DNA of 64,000 bases, from the NCBI GenBank assembly GCA_964016885.1, contig OZ024743.1, positions 107,632,001 through 107,696,000 of the forward strand, written 5' to 3'. Of this stretch, positions 38,415 to 52,021 are shown in pieces (position 1 is the stretch's first letter; the number at the start of each line of letters is the position of its first letter). Origin of the DNA: Eledone cirrhosa. Lineage: Eukaryota. Under the pieces are notes generated by a model. It made no database searches. It saw nothing but the letters and a program-made list of their open reading frames with translations, and had not been told where the DNA came from. A program made the position numbers and the translations under genes.

Positions 38415-38416
<2 letters not shown>
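37546..38416 (-). mobile_element. Mariner (Tc1/mariner) internal-deletion derivative with ~100 bp inverted termini
   Basis: TA|CGATGTGTTTCAGAAAAG... / ...CTTTTCTGACACACCTCG. Transposase remnants MSTELRTNLKFLVRLGK..SRSRVFEW and VITGDESWIFEYNPE fused to RFEDVD..KCIRLQGDYF. The D34D/YSPDL region is deleted. Confidence 0.92.
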
Positions 38417-38455
<39 letters not shown>

Positions 38456-38585
38456 GAAGTATTTCCGTCAGAAAGGTACAAGAAAAAAGAGTGCTCTATG
38501 TAGGCTACAGAGCTTATTATTTATGTAATAAACAACATAAGTTAATTATTTCCAGTGGTTTCTTAATTATTTCCACGGTTTTTTA

Positions 38586-38646
38586 TTCATGCTGACGACT
38601 GAAGACAGACACAACATATGTCTTCAAGAAACCACTGGTAAATGAA
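38586..38646 (+). ncRNA. Type I hammerhead ribozyme motif, intact core, in a fold-back island (38452-38680)
   Basis: TTCATg-CTGACGA-c-TGAAGACA-gacacaacata-TGTCTTCA-a-GAAA-CC-act-GG-TA-aATGAA. Partial inverted copy at 38520-38565. Confidence 0.75.
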
Positions 38647-38703
38647 ATAATTATGTTATGTTGTTTATTACATAACTAAAATATATATATATATATATAT
38701 TAA

Positions 38704-38892
38704 TAATTGTTTCTGCTGTTGGCACAAGGCCAGCAAATACCCAGTGGATTACTGGTAATTTATTTTATCGACCAGGTAAGGATGAAAGGCAAAGTTGACC
38801 TCGGCGGGATTCGAATTCAGAATGGAAAGGGCCGTAACTCTATGCGTAAAAACATGACGTCCGACCCTCTACCGATACTGCCAATCCACCGC
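38704..38892 (-). mobile_element. Meta-domain SINE, full length
   Basis: Head, body and tail present. Confidence 0.88.
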
Positions 38893-38991
38893 AGTAGTAA
38901 TAATAAATTTGAAGACTAAAATCCAAAGAGGGCTCGATAAGGATAAATATATATCAAATATATAAGAACCCTCGAGCAACTGTTATTTTAA

Positions 38992-39039
<48 letters not shown>

Positions 39040-39810
39040 CATATATATATATATATATATGTATGTATGCATATATGTATGTGAGAGGTAAACAGAAATA
39101 ACAACACAATCGGTACACTATATGGAAGGAATATCTTAGGTTAACGCTTGAAATATATATATATATAGTGTGTCTGCTTTTGTGTGTGCGTGTGCGTGTG
39201 TGTGTGTTCACTGTATTGCAGATAAATATAAAAACTAAATTACATTTAATAATGATATTTGAATAAATAGGGTAAAATACCGCTGTTTTCGTCTTCCAGA
39301 GCAACTATTACTTGTAGTGATCAAATATTATTATACTTATCTGGATTGAGCTGATTGAAATTTTCAAAATTAAGATTTCCCTTTTCTTCGTAAGTCAATC
39401 GGATTTTTATATTTGTATGTCATATATCTTTTAATACACCAATTGCCGTATACATTCAGTTTTTATATGAAGTGCTAGGAAGTGAACAATGTCAGAAAAC
39501 AGTATTTGGGCAGTTAGACATTTGAATAAACTGGCGTATTAAACAAGAAGATAAATGGAATTCATATATATATGTATATTGATGGCGCATGTCTGTGTGT
39601 GCGGGTATTTATTAAATTATAGATGCATATAAATATATATATTGGGTGTGTATGGGTATGTGCGTGTGTGTGTGAGCGCATACAAATACAGTCTAACAGC
39701 TTTAACATGGCAAATGGGAAAATACCTAATCCAAATCAGTTTAATCTTGCAATACAAAACCGAAACCCCCTGTAGGGAGATGAGATAATGAGAAGCAATA
39801 CATGTACGCA

Positions 39811-39941
<131 letters not shown>

Positions 39942-40397
39942 AGGACATTTCTGTTACATTGTAAAAAAACATTGTCGATTGTTATCCAAAATTCTAGGTC
40001 TAAACATATGAATTCGTCATGAAAATTAACTTACATCAAATTTATATTGCAACATTCTTGCTTTGTGTAGGAAAGCGTCTAAGCAGGTAAATTAAAACCT
40101 TGAATTATATATATAACCCATACGTTAAAAGCTGTACATTTACATTTGGGAAACAAATCACATCTGCTGATTTTAATCATACTATTATCGGCTGACAGGA
40201 AATTAATATGAACTGGATGCAATTCTAAACCTTAAGGCAGATTCCTCAAACGTCTCATGCAAACGTGCCAGTGGAAACTTAAGGTTTGGTTCTGGAATTA
40301 ACTCGCACCAAATGATCGATGTAATGCTATTCCATTCATAGCATGTGAGATGCATCCATCACCAGATCAATGTACAATTCGTTACAGAAAAACTATT

Positions 40398-40458
<61 letters not shown>

Positions 40459-40983
40459 CATATATGCTCACAAGCACACATATGTGTGAAAATGTAGAAT
40501 TCCAAAATGAGAAAATAACTGAAAACAGAGTGGAATGCTATACGCAATAGTTTAGAAGATTAGGTAAAATTTCCTTATTGGCGTAAAAAATTGGTCTAGC
40601 AAACGCTACTAGATCGATACTTCGTAGTGACTGTTGATCATATTTTCTCGTCTTTATGGGTATTTCATACGATTATCTAAGCTAAATTGTATAATAATCG
40701 AGTGTAGTTAAAGTTCATGTCTGCGTTTGGGATTTTTTACATTTATAAAAAATTTAAACGTAACTCACGCCTCTGGTCCAATGAAATTTTTTTTGTCACA
40801 AAATCAGACACTTTCACACGAAGCAGGAATTTATACGGAGAGTATAATATATATAAATATCGGTTTCATAATGAAATGTATATGCATAAATCGACAACCG
40901 AGACATTCATTTATTATTTCAATATGCGTCTCGGTTATTGATTTGCGAATATAATTGATAGTAGAATAAATTTCTCTCTCTAC

Positions 40984-41063
<80 letters not shown>

Positions 41064-41231
41064 CTCTCACTATCTCACAATTCCGTATACACTGATTGAT
41101 ATAAGTGAAGGAAACAAAATAAAGGGTGTTTTGATATATATTGTGTGTGTATATATATATATTTATATATGTGTGTGTGAGCGCGCGGGTAGGTGAAACT
41201 CCTGAGTAATATAAATGAATATACATATATA

Positions 41232-41330
41232 CAGGGTGTTCCCAAAATGTACACTAGAAGGCTGTGCACTCTCATAAATATTACCTCTATATGTAATTAA
41301 AGTGTATATTCACTTTTTTGGAAGACCCTC
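41232..41330. mobile_element. Tc1-like MITE (~100 bp)
   Basis: TA|CAGGGTGTTCCCAAAA ... TTTTGGAAGACCCT imperfect TIRs. Confidence 0.55.
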
Positions 41331-41535
41331 TCTCTCTATATCTAGCGGAACCAGCGTATTCACATATATATACATATAAATATATATATTATAGAAGCAG
41401 AATGGGTAATTGGAAAAAACCGGGATCCCAACGGCTGAGCTCCGGTCCTTTCAACAGCTAGACCTGAACTCTACAACCCCAAGGTAACTATACTCTGTTG
41501 AGTAATGATCTAACTGATTTTTACCGCGTTCATTC

Positions 41536-41595
<60 letters not shown>

Positions 41596-41941
41596 TACAT
41601 ATATATATATAGTAGTTAGTAGTGAAGAATAACATGGTCGGCAGTACAAAAAGGGTTTTATTTACAGTATTATATATATATACATACATGTGTGTGCTTG
41701 TATGTCATAATAGAGATTAACTCTCATATTCTAGAACATTAATAGTGACCGTGTATCTCATGTCATATACTATATTTCAATTAATTATTACTGATTTTTG
41801 AGAGATTTACTTAAAATATGTTATCACTTCATTACAATTTTAGTTAGTTACCTAGATTTATCTACATCAGATTATGTTGACAATTTGTACCCATTTAAAT
41901 GGAACAGCAGCCGAATTTGAATAATTCGTAACAAAAGTATT

Positions 41942-42043
41942 AATTGTTTCTACTATTGGCACAAGGTCAGCAATATATCAGTGTATTACTGGTACTTTAT
42001 TTTATCGACCCCGTAAGGATGAAAGGCAAAGTTAAACTCGGGG
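41942..42043 (-). mobile_element. 5'-truncated Meta-domain SINE
   Basis: Conserved body and tail. Confidence 0.8.
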
Positions 42044-43117
42044 TATCAAAAGTAATAATGAATAATTTTGTAGAGTTTACTAAAACGATAACTTCATTTC
42101 AAAGAGAGCACTTAACATGTTGTCCTTATATCAAATTATGCTTGAATATTTAAATTGAAATAGGAACATTTCAAAACGGGTGGTTCTGTTTAATAGAAAT
42201 ATAACCTGTTTAATAGAAATATAGCCATTTGGGAATTTTGAGGGTGCCTACTAAAAGTATTCATTATTTCATTACAACTTAATATTTGATTCTTATATCG
42301 AAATATGTCAAAAAATGTTAATTTATATCGGCACGATTTAACATGGGTGCCTTTGCGTAATGGAACGAGTACGTGGATTAACCAGATATTTATCAATATT
42401 ACTAATTAAGAACTTTGAGTTATTTAGTAACATTTTTAATTATCGTTGATAGGATAGTAACTTAACATATGTTCCAGATATCAAATTGTGTTTAATGGTT
42501 TACATTTATTAAGCAATCCTTTAAAATTGATGGATTGGTTAAATAGAAGTAGAACCGGTTGGGGCCAGACTGGTATTGAATTTATTAAAGATGGTGTTCC
42601 ATTTTGACTACGGTTCAACAACGGAAACTGGTAATATAATAAGTTATCACATACAAACACAGACACACACATAGGCGCAAACACACACACGTACTTATGA
42701 AGTGTGTACATACTTGTATTTGTGTATCCACATATGTGCGTGTGGCTATGAGAGTGGTATGGTTGTGTTTATAAAGGTTGGTACCTCGATTAAATCCAGG
42801 AAATATTTCCTCACACAAACACAGGAATGGGATGTATATACCAGGTATTTTTCTTACATACGATTTACAAAGTTCCGCTCTCTCTTTCTCTCTCTCTATA
42901 TCTCTATCTATCTATCTCTCTCTCTCACTCACTCTCTCTATCTCTCTATTTCTCTCTGTATATATATATATATATAATTGTGTGTGTGTGTGTGTGGTGT
43001 GTGTGTGCGGTGGGTGGTGTGTGTGTGTGTGTGCGCGCCCATACGCGCATAAACAGACACGTACATAATGCACAAGCACACAAACACACACCGTCTCTCA
43101 CACACACAGATATATGC

Positions 43118-43198
<81 letters not shown>

Positions 43199-43714
43199 AG
43201 TGGGATTTAACGTTTATATACGTGATTGTGTGATACAGGTTTGTGATTTCAGTGTCGGGGTGTGAGTTTGGTTGTGTTTGAGTTAAACACATATATACAA
43301 TATATACAATTATTGTGTGTAAGGTTCCAGTTACATATAGTCTAGGTTGTTTAGAATAACTATGAAATTCTGTAGTATTTAATGTCAGTTTTGACACTCA
43401 GTGTAGGAACTTGACACAGCTTCGTATAACTTTCGTTATTACTGAAGTAAGCAAGATACTAAAGTGAAACCAAAGAAGTATTCATTAGAAATGCTGTGAT
43501 TTTATTTCACCGTCATATTTATCAAGGATATTTCAGTTATTTTCAAACACACCCTAATGGACGCACACATGAGCAGCCACACATACATTCACAAACAAGC
43601 GGGCGAACGAACAGGTCCAAATAGACAGAGAAAAGTATATGTCTATGTGTTTCAGAGTGAGATAGTGTGAGAGGGAAAGATTGATGGATGCATGTTTACG
43701 CAGATATATACGCG

Positions 43715-43833
<119 letters not shown>

Positions 43834-43947
43834 GCGGTGAGGCAAATAACTATGTGTATACTCTGGTAATGTATCTTACATGGCCCATTGAGTGCGCTGA
43901 GATACAACCGGTACTGGCATTAATAAATATGCTGGGTCCGTCAACCC

Positions 43948-44018
<71 letters not shown>

Positions 44019-44040
44019 CATATATTCGATATATACTATA

Positions 44041-44080
<40 letters not shown>

Positions 44081-44115
44081 AGGTTGACGGACATATATAT
44101 ATATATATATATATA

Positions 44116-44199
<84 letters not shown>

Positions 44200-44200
<1 letters not shown>

Positions 44201-44385
44201 TAGAAGCGCTGCTTTCACACTTCGTTAGTTTCAGAAGACCCCGTTAAGGCTGAAAGCAGCGATTCTTTGCTTAAACTTTAATCTGTTATTTTAATAAATA
44301 TTTGCTCTACGGTTCTTATATATTTGATATATATTTATCCTTATCGAGCCCTCTTTGGATTTTAGTCTTCAAATTTATTATTATT
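44200..44385 (+). mobile_element. Family G mini element (PLE pLTR-like), TA/ATT flanked
   Basis: TTTCAGAAGA-CCCC-gtta-AGGC-T-GAAA-GCAGCGATTC...AATAAA...TCGAGCCCTCTTTGGATTTTAGTCTTC. Other copies at 38905-38995, 44865-44935, 45831-46040 and 57278-57420. Confidence 0.7.
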
Positions 44386-44481
44386 ACTATTATTACTATA
44401 TATATATATAAAAACAAACTTTAACTTAATTGTTTATATATATATACATATATATATACTTATATATATATATATATGTAC

Positions 44482-44560
<79 letters not shown>

Positions 44561-44593
44561 TATATATATATATACTTATATATGTATATGTAC

Positions 44594-44633
<40 letters not shown>

Positions 44634-44746
44634 CATATATTCGATTTATACTATATATATATACATATATATATGTATACAAAGATATATATATATACAT
44701 ATATATATATATACAAAGATATATATATACATATATATATACAAAG

Positions 44747-44779
<33 letters not shown>

Positions 44780-44785
44780 CATACA

Positions 44786-44868
<83 letters not shown>

Positions 44869-44926
44869 GTGAAGACTAAAATCCAAAGGGGGCTCGATAA
44901 GCGATTTTTGCTTAAACTCTAATTTG

Positions 44927-45004
<78 letters not shown>

Positions 45005-45795
45005 TGTAAGTATCTATACGTACACACATATATGAATCAGCTCTTCTTGAGCGAGAAATTAATTATATATATATATTTGTGTGTGTGTGGGGGGGGGGGG
45101 GGGGGGCGGTATGTGTGTGTGTGCGTTTATAGTATAAATCGTTGTATCTCCGTACAGAAGATGCTAACTGAATTGAGGCGATCTCAAACATTCCATGGTG
45201 GGAAAAATACATTTTCGTCCAGAGTCTTCATGCCGTTGGATAGAATGCTTTACGATATTCGCTCCATCTGATTTTGTACTCTGAGTTCAAATCCCACCGG
45301 TGTCAACTTCGCTTTTCATTCTTCCGAGGTATATAAACAAATGTACACATCTGGGCTCGATTCCCTCTCGAAAAAAATCAGCTGTGTTCAGAACTGGAGA
45401 TGGTTGGGCTCCACCAAGTTTCAAAAGTTCCTTAGACTCCACAAAGAGTTATGGGATCTTTATGCTTTTAAACACAAAGGAAAGTGTGACGCCGTGAATG
45501 AAACGTCCAGGTGTATATATGGACATAGTTTTTAACCACAAGAACTATAAATACAAATAGGTATATATACAGATAGAAATCTAGATGTAGATGTGTCTGT
45601 GTATTTGTCCGTTGTATGTGCATATGTGTGGGTCTGCGAGTATGTGCATAAATTTGTATACTCACTGTAGCAAAGCAATCAAGAATAAGGAAATTTAGAG
45701 AAAAGCAAATCAATATTTTGGGTGGCATTTCTATGATATTGTAATTTCTCATTTAATTTATTTGTATAACATGGATGCATATTGATTGATAGAGA

Positions 45796-45830
<35 letters not shown>

Positions 45831-45836
<6 letters not shown>

Positions 45837-46040
45837 TAAAATAACAGATTAAAGTTTAAGCAAAGAATCACTGCTTTCACCCTTAACGGGATCTTCTGAA
45901 ACTAACAAAGTCAATAGCGATTCTTTGCTTAAACTTTAATCTGTTATTTTAATAAATATTTGCTCTTCGGTTCTTATATATTTGATATATATTTTCCTTA
46001 TCGAGCCCTCTCTGGATTTTAGTCTTCAATTTTATTAGTA
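45831..46040. mobile_element. Family G fold-back copy
   Basis: Inverted arms TTTATTAAAATAACAGATTAAAGTTTAAGCAAAGAATC / GATTCTTTGCTTAAACTTTAATCTGTTATTTTAATAAA. Confidence 0.75.
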
Positions 46041-46041
46041 T

Positions 46042-46088
<47 letters not shown>

Positions 46089-46181
46089 TATATATATTAA
46101 TATATATATATATATATACATATATATGTGTGTGAGAGAGAGAGAGGGGGATAGAGAGGGAGAGAAAGAAAGAGAGAGATT

Positions 46182-46217
<36 letters not shown>

Positions 46218-46508
46218 GGAGGAGAGAGAGTGAAAGAGTGGCAAGTTTCCGATTTTAACACTGAGAAATTATCAAGCCACACTGCACAATCTATAAAATA
46301 GAATTTTCAACGATTTCTGCAGAAACTAATCGCACCAAAATCATTGTCTCAACACCCCCCCCCCCACACACACACACAACTCTCTCTCTCTCTCTCACAC
46401 ACACACATACATACCACCCCCATACTCTCTCTCTCTCTTGCACAGACACACACATATACCACCCCCCACATTTTTTTCGTGTATCTGCGCCAGAGTATAT
46501 GTGTAATT

Positions 46509-46733
46509 CAGGGGTGCTGGAAGCTTGTCTGAAAGAGGGGGCGGGGGGTATATTTAGTCAATTTAGCTGTATTGATTAGCTTAGTTCTTTGTCCTCTAAA
46601 ATGGTCAGAAAACTTCGAGATGCAACAAACATAACATGCACATAAAATGTAGCGCATATCCAAATAGGTGTGTGTTTTAGTTAATTATTGTGGGACATGC
46701 CACCCGCCCTTTTCTCCCCAAGTTCCAGTACCC

Positions 46734-46736
<3 letters not shown>
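46509..46736. mobile_element. MITE with CAGGGG termini (hAT-like)
   Basis: CAGGGGTGCTGGAAGCTTG ... CAAGTTCCAGTACCCCTG. Internal segment recurs at 48228-48270. No clear 8 bp TSD. Confidence 0.55.
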
Positions 46737-46782
<46 letters not shown>

Positions 46783-46785
<3 letters not shown>

Positions 46786-47345
46786 TTTAGTACACCATTA
46801 ACGAAGCTTTAGGCTGCGGCTAAGCTAACGAATAAAAATGCGGATTGTAGCTTTAGCACTCGATGGAGAATAATACCCCAGAGTAATAGCAATACCTTTA
46901 GATAGCTTTGCAAATCGAATATAGCGATCGGCAGTCCAGCCGCATTGCCATAGCAACGAAAAAGCCTGGACACAGGAAAAGATGTTTTGACTGACCTGGA
47001 CCATCACGCGGAGACCGAATGCAACACACAATGCATATCGTATAGCATACGATATACATCACATACAACATACAACATTCACGCTAGGTTTCTGTAAATC
47101 CGAGATCGACTAATTCCGCTTGCAGGGGTCTGCAAGTTAATGGCCTTTGACGACAGAACAAAGGATTTACTTCGTTAACAAGTCTTGCGTTCTATAGCCT
47201 CAGCGGGTGTGTTCTAGCAGTAAATTTCGCTATAGACACGTGGTTTTCTCCAAGGGAGGTAACCCCCGTTTTGGCGGTGAATTCGAAATTTGAGACAAAG
47301 GAATGCAATTCCCTTAGACAAACCGAATTAAGCACTCAACCAGAA
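46783..47345. repeat. Family S non-coding element, copy 2
   Basis: Colinear with 8264-8852. (TA)n on the left, (CA)n on the right. Confidence 0.75.
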
Positions 47346-47364
47346 GTTATCAAACAAACACACA

Positions 47365-47428
<64 letters not shown>

Positions 47429-47464
47429 ATTAAACAAATTATGATTACCTCTTACACAATTTAT

Positions 47465-48225
47465 TCATCTACGCCTCTCTATATCTACTACGTGAAACTC
47501 TCTCTCCCAATCCTCCTTTCAATATCAATTACCACCAAACTATCCCCCTTTCTATATCTACCAACTCTCTCTCTCTCATTTTCTCTCACTCTATCCAAAC
47601 ACTTACCCTCTCTATATCAACCAATACCTATCACTATCAAACCTCTCACTCTATTCATTACCAGCAAACACGTTCCCTCTTTATATCAACCATACAACAC
47701 TCTCTCCCAACCCCAATCTCTATATCTATTAACACCACACTCTCCCCCACTCCATATCTACTACACGGAACTCATTTCCAATCCCCCTCTCTATATCAAT
47801 AAACATCAATCTCTAACCCTCTCTATATTTACCATACAAAACTCTCTCGCATTCCCTCTCACTCTATCCATTACTATCAAACTCTCCCCCTCTCTATATC
47901 TATTAATACCTACCTCTATCAATCTTGTGACTCTATTTATTAGTATGAAGCTCTCTTCCACTCTACATCAACAATACTCTCTATATCAATTAGCACCAAA
48001 CTATCTCCCTCTCTATATCTACGACGGTACTTTCTTCTACTCCCCTCTCTATATCAATTAGCACCAAATTCTCACCCTTTCTATATCTACTGCACGGAAC
48101 TCTCTTCAATACCCTGTCTCTCTATTAATTAGAACCAAACTCTTCCCCTCTACTACACGGTACTCTCTTCCAAGACCCCTAACTATATCATCAAACTCTC
48201 CCCCCCCTCCCCAGTATATCTACAT
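47465..48225. repeat. Degenerate pyrimidine-rich minisatellite
   Basis: Recurring units such as CTCTCTATATCTACTACACGGAACTCTCTTCC and CTCTCTATATCAATTAGCACCAAACT. Confidence 0.8.
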
Positions 48226-48331
48226 TTACATAAATTGTAGCGCATATATAAATAGATGGGTGTTTTGGTAGTTTGCAGAGAAAGATATAATTATTGGGGG
48301 CAAGGGCATAGCCCAACTGCCCTAATTATAC

Positions 48332-48582
48332 CTATCTTGCAAGTTTATGGAAGCGAAGGTAGTTGTGGATGATTTCGTTTGCGGAACAATAACTGATTTC
48401 CAGAGAATATGTCACCTCATCGATAGCCACCTGTCGCTTCGCCAGAATCTTCAACTCAGTGGTTGGGATTGAAGAGCATCCTGCTCCCTCTTTGTGCTTC
48501 ATAATTGTACCTCCCATTTTAAATTTCTTGATTCAATCAAATACAATTTTACACGGTATGGTGCTGTCCCTGTATTGTGCCA
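48332..48582 (-). mobile_element. Second mariner family, N-terminal transposase fragment
   Basis: AQYRDS..VFD*IKKFKMG..GAGCS..RQVAIDEV..LEISYCSANEIIHNYLRFHKLAR, matching the mariner HTH/linker up to the KV.ARWVP motif. Confidence 0.75.
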
Positions 48583-48929
48583 CATTTTAGCACGCCACAT
48601 TTTAACAACGTATACGAGTTATTTTTAACTGAACTCACTATGGGTAGCTTATAATGAGTAGTACACAAAAGATATACCTACCAATGACAAACAAGACTTT
48701 CATTTGTTCATTATCTTGTTTATTTTAACTATAGTAATTAGAATATTTTCGGGTGGTGGGTGCGAAGATTGAAACAGCTGTATAGATATAATTGTTTGTT
48801 TCCGTAATATTAATGTATGATTGAATGTGTAATGAATTAAGATATTTTTCGCACCTAATTTCCATTGAAGAAATGGACAGGTGAAACTTGTTACGAGTTA
48901 CACATGTTCATTTCTTCTGAAGCGTAATA

Positions 48930-49531
48930 ATGCCTAAGGAAAAGACACATATTAACATGTTTGTGATCGGACACGCCGATTCCGGTAAATCTTCGACAAC
49001 CGGTCATTTCATTTACAAATGTGGTGGAATCGAAAAAAGAGTTATCGAGAAGTTCGAGAAAGAGGCCCAGAAGATGGGAAACGCTTCCTTCAAATGTGCC
49101 TGGGTATTGGTCAAAGTAAAGGCCGAGAGAGAACGTGGTATTACCATTGATATTGCTCTTTGCAAATTTGAGACCGAGATGTACTAAATCACCATTATTT
49201 TACACGGTGATTACATGGCCCCTGGCCACAAAGATTTTATTAAGAACATGATCACTGGCACCTCGCAGGCTGACTGTGTTGTGTTAGTTGTGGCAAAGGT
49301 GATTTCGAAACCGGTATCTCCAAAAATGGTGAGACCCGTGAGCACACTTTACTGGCTTAGACTCATGGTGTGAAGCTGCTTATTGTTGCCGTTAATAAAA
49401 GGGACACTGCTGGATATTCTAAGGATCGTTTTGATGAAATCGTGATGGAAGTCAGTATCTACGTGAAAAAGATCTGCTACAATCCTACGGCTGTTGCTTT
49501 TGTTCCTGTGTCTGGTTGGCATGGTGATAAT
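48930..49531 (+). pseudogene. EEF1A: Elongation factor 1-alpha pseudogene (N-terminal ~200 codons)
   Basis: [26 protein letters not shown]...[13 protein letters not shown]...[18 protein letters not shown]...[11 protein letters not shown]...AVNK...[11 protein letters not shown]. In-frame stops at 49185 and ~49358, a frameshift near 49295 and a small insertion near 49200. No introns in this span. Confidence 0.95.
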
Positions 49532-49640
49532 TGTAAATAAATAAATTAATTAATTAAAATTTTGATACTTCACTGAAAGAAGAACAATTTGTTTTCAACA
49601 TTTTCTACCGAAAAAAACAACGTTTTTTGTGCTAATATTC

Positions 49641-49718
<78 letters not shown>

Positions 49719-50439
49719 TAGGTATAAACAGAAGTTGTAACTGCCGTACATCATGTACTATTCTATTTATATATATACTTATATATATATATATATATCA
49801 TATAGGGTGAGGTAAAAAAAACAGGTGGACCATAATCCATCATAGTACTCGATACTTGGGGTAGTAGAGTGGGTAATATGAAAAGATTTGGACCCCGATG
49901 GCTGAGATAGATATACATGTTAAAATTACATTTTGAGGCATTTCTTATATAACATAGGAATCTAATTTACTATAGAAACTTAGCTACCATACCAGAACCG
50001 AAATAATTAGTACTATCTATGAGATTAATTGTAGATTTATTGGTGTTCGAAAATAAGTAAATTAGAGAATGAAGCGCTTTTCCCGGAAGCTGATATCTAG
50101 ATTTCTTTAAGAGGAGGAGAAATAGTAATAATTTATAAATGCTTAGCTTTTTAGCAAATTAAAAAGCAAATTAAGAAACACATAAATATACTACGCCATT
50201 TTCTTTGACTTAAATACGCCGAAATTATATTTTCTCTCGCTGGTTTTTTTCCTCTTCAGTTTAGTGAAGTTAAGTACAATGACATTTCTACAAATTAGAA
50301 ATAGTTGATAAGGAAAATTCTCTCTCAATAGCGTGTGCGACTGACTGGCCTTGCAATTTCAGGTCAATAAAGCTACTCACCCATTTCCTCTGGCTCTTTG
50401 GCCTGTCTAGCCCCTCGCCGCCAAGAGTGTAATAAATCT

Positions 50440-50615
50440 AATTACTTCTACTTTTGGGACAAGCCCAGAAATTACACCAGTACATTACTGGTACTTTATT
50501 TTATCGACCTCGTAAGGATGAAAGGCAAAGTTACCCTTAGCGGGATTTCAACTCAGACCGCAAATGGGCATAACTCCATGACGCCCAACCCTCTACCGAT
50601 ACTGCCAATCCACCG
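50440..50615 (-). mobile_element. Meta-domain SINE (diverged)
   Basis: Head, body and tail recognisable. Confidence 0.8.
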
Positions 50616-51321
50616 AATACATATAGTACAAGACATTTAGCAGGACTGAACCAGCCATTTGAACTAAGGTCCCCCCTCCCCTAGATCACTGACCACTCCC
50701 AGAGAAAAAAACAAAAAACAAAGAAAAGAGGACTTTTAAGATTTGTTTGCTTTGACTGTCTGCCCTTATATGAACTGTACCCCTTGATAAGTTGAGTAGT
50801 TTGAATATTGGTGCTCCACTTCGAATTCTAGCTATCGAAATGGCCGGAGCTCAGCCGTCGGGGTCCTGAATCTTTTCATACTTATATATATATATATATA
50901 AATTAGAATTAGCTCCGACGTAGTTGTACATATATGCATGTGAATTTCGTATATCTAAAGATATATGGTATATTTAAAGAAAACAATTGTGAAAGCTCAC
51001 CTATGAATATAGACCGGTTGACGGCCAGCACCTAGCGGATTTCAGCAGAAGGTGCGGAGAAGAACTGTCTATGCGTAATTTGATCTCTGGCACTCATCAG
51101 AAGAGTGCTTCCCCTGCCCTCCGCTGAAACTTGAAAGAGGCAAAACAATATGGCGCTTTCGAACGTGTAAATGGGGTAATTAGTCTCATTTGCATATGGA
51201 CCTGTATACGTTAGCTCAAACTAAAAGTAGAATTAAAATTTAACTACGACATAGCTATATATATATATGTGAATTTCGTATATCTAAAGATATACGATAT
51301 ATATATATTTATTATTATTAT

Positions 51322-51367
<46 letters not shown>

Positions 51368-51976
51368 TATAATAAGGTTAAATATATGCATATAAAGTGT
51401 ATATTGATTAAGTTACTCAACAAGGAAAGCTCATTGAACATTAAGCTCAGAGCATAATTCATACAAATTTAAACGATATACAAATAAATCATTTTCATAT
51501 ATCCTGTTGAGAAACAAATAATTTTATCGAGATACATATAGAATGATAAATAATAAATATACTCACTTATAGAAAGAATTAAGTCAGAACTGTCTAGAAT
51601 TAACTTAAACGGCCGTTTCATGATAAATTCAAGAATATGATGCCAATATCTAATTTAATGAATGGGCTTAATGACTAGTCATCGATCTTATTAACTAGCA
51701 TCATCAACACCAGGGAACATTATTCGTCAGTAAGTGCTTAAGGTATTACGGTATATATCTCACTCTGTACATCATCTAGGTACGATCATATGTATGACGA
51801 TCGATTCATTCTATAAGTGAGTACACTTATTGTCTGTGTGACTACATAATACTAGATGTTTCTCAACTAGATATATGAAAAAGATTTTTTGTATATCGTT
51901 TAAATTTGCATATATACAATACAGACACACGCACACAGACAGTCAGTCAGACAGACAGACAGACACACACACACAC

Positions 51977-52021
<45 letters not shown>

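Noticed and set aside
47441-48061. 206 aa ORF
   Set aside because: Lies wholly within a pyrimidine-rich minisatellite; low-complexity L/S/I/Y/P product.
51020-51135. Minus-strand CTGATGA...GAAA in a GC-richer island bounded by a ~26 bp direct repeat
   Set aside because: CTGATGA sits in a competing GCACTC/GAGTGC hairpin, with no valid stem III/UH site or stem I. The island is probably a repeat but is unclassified.
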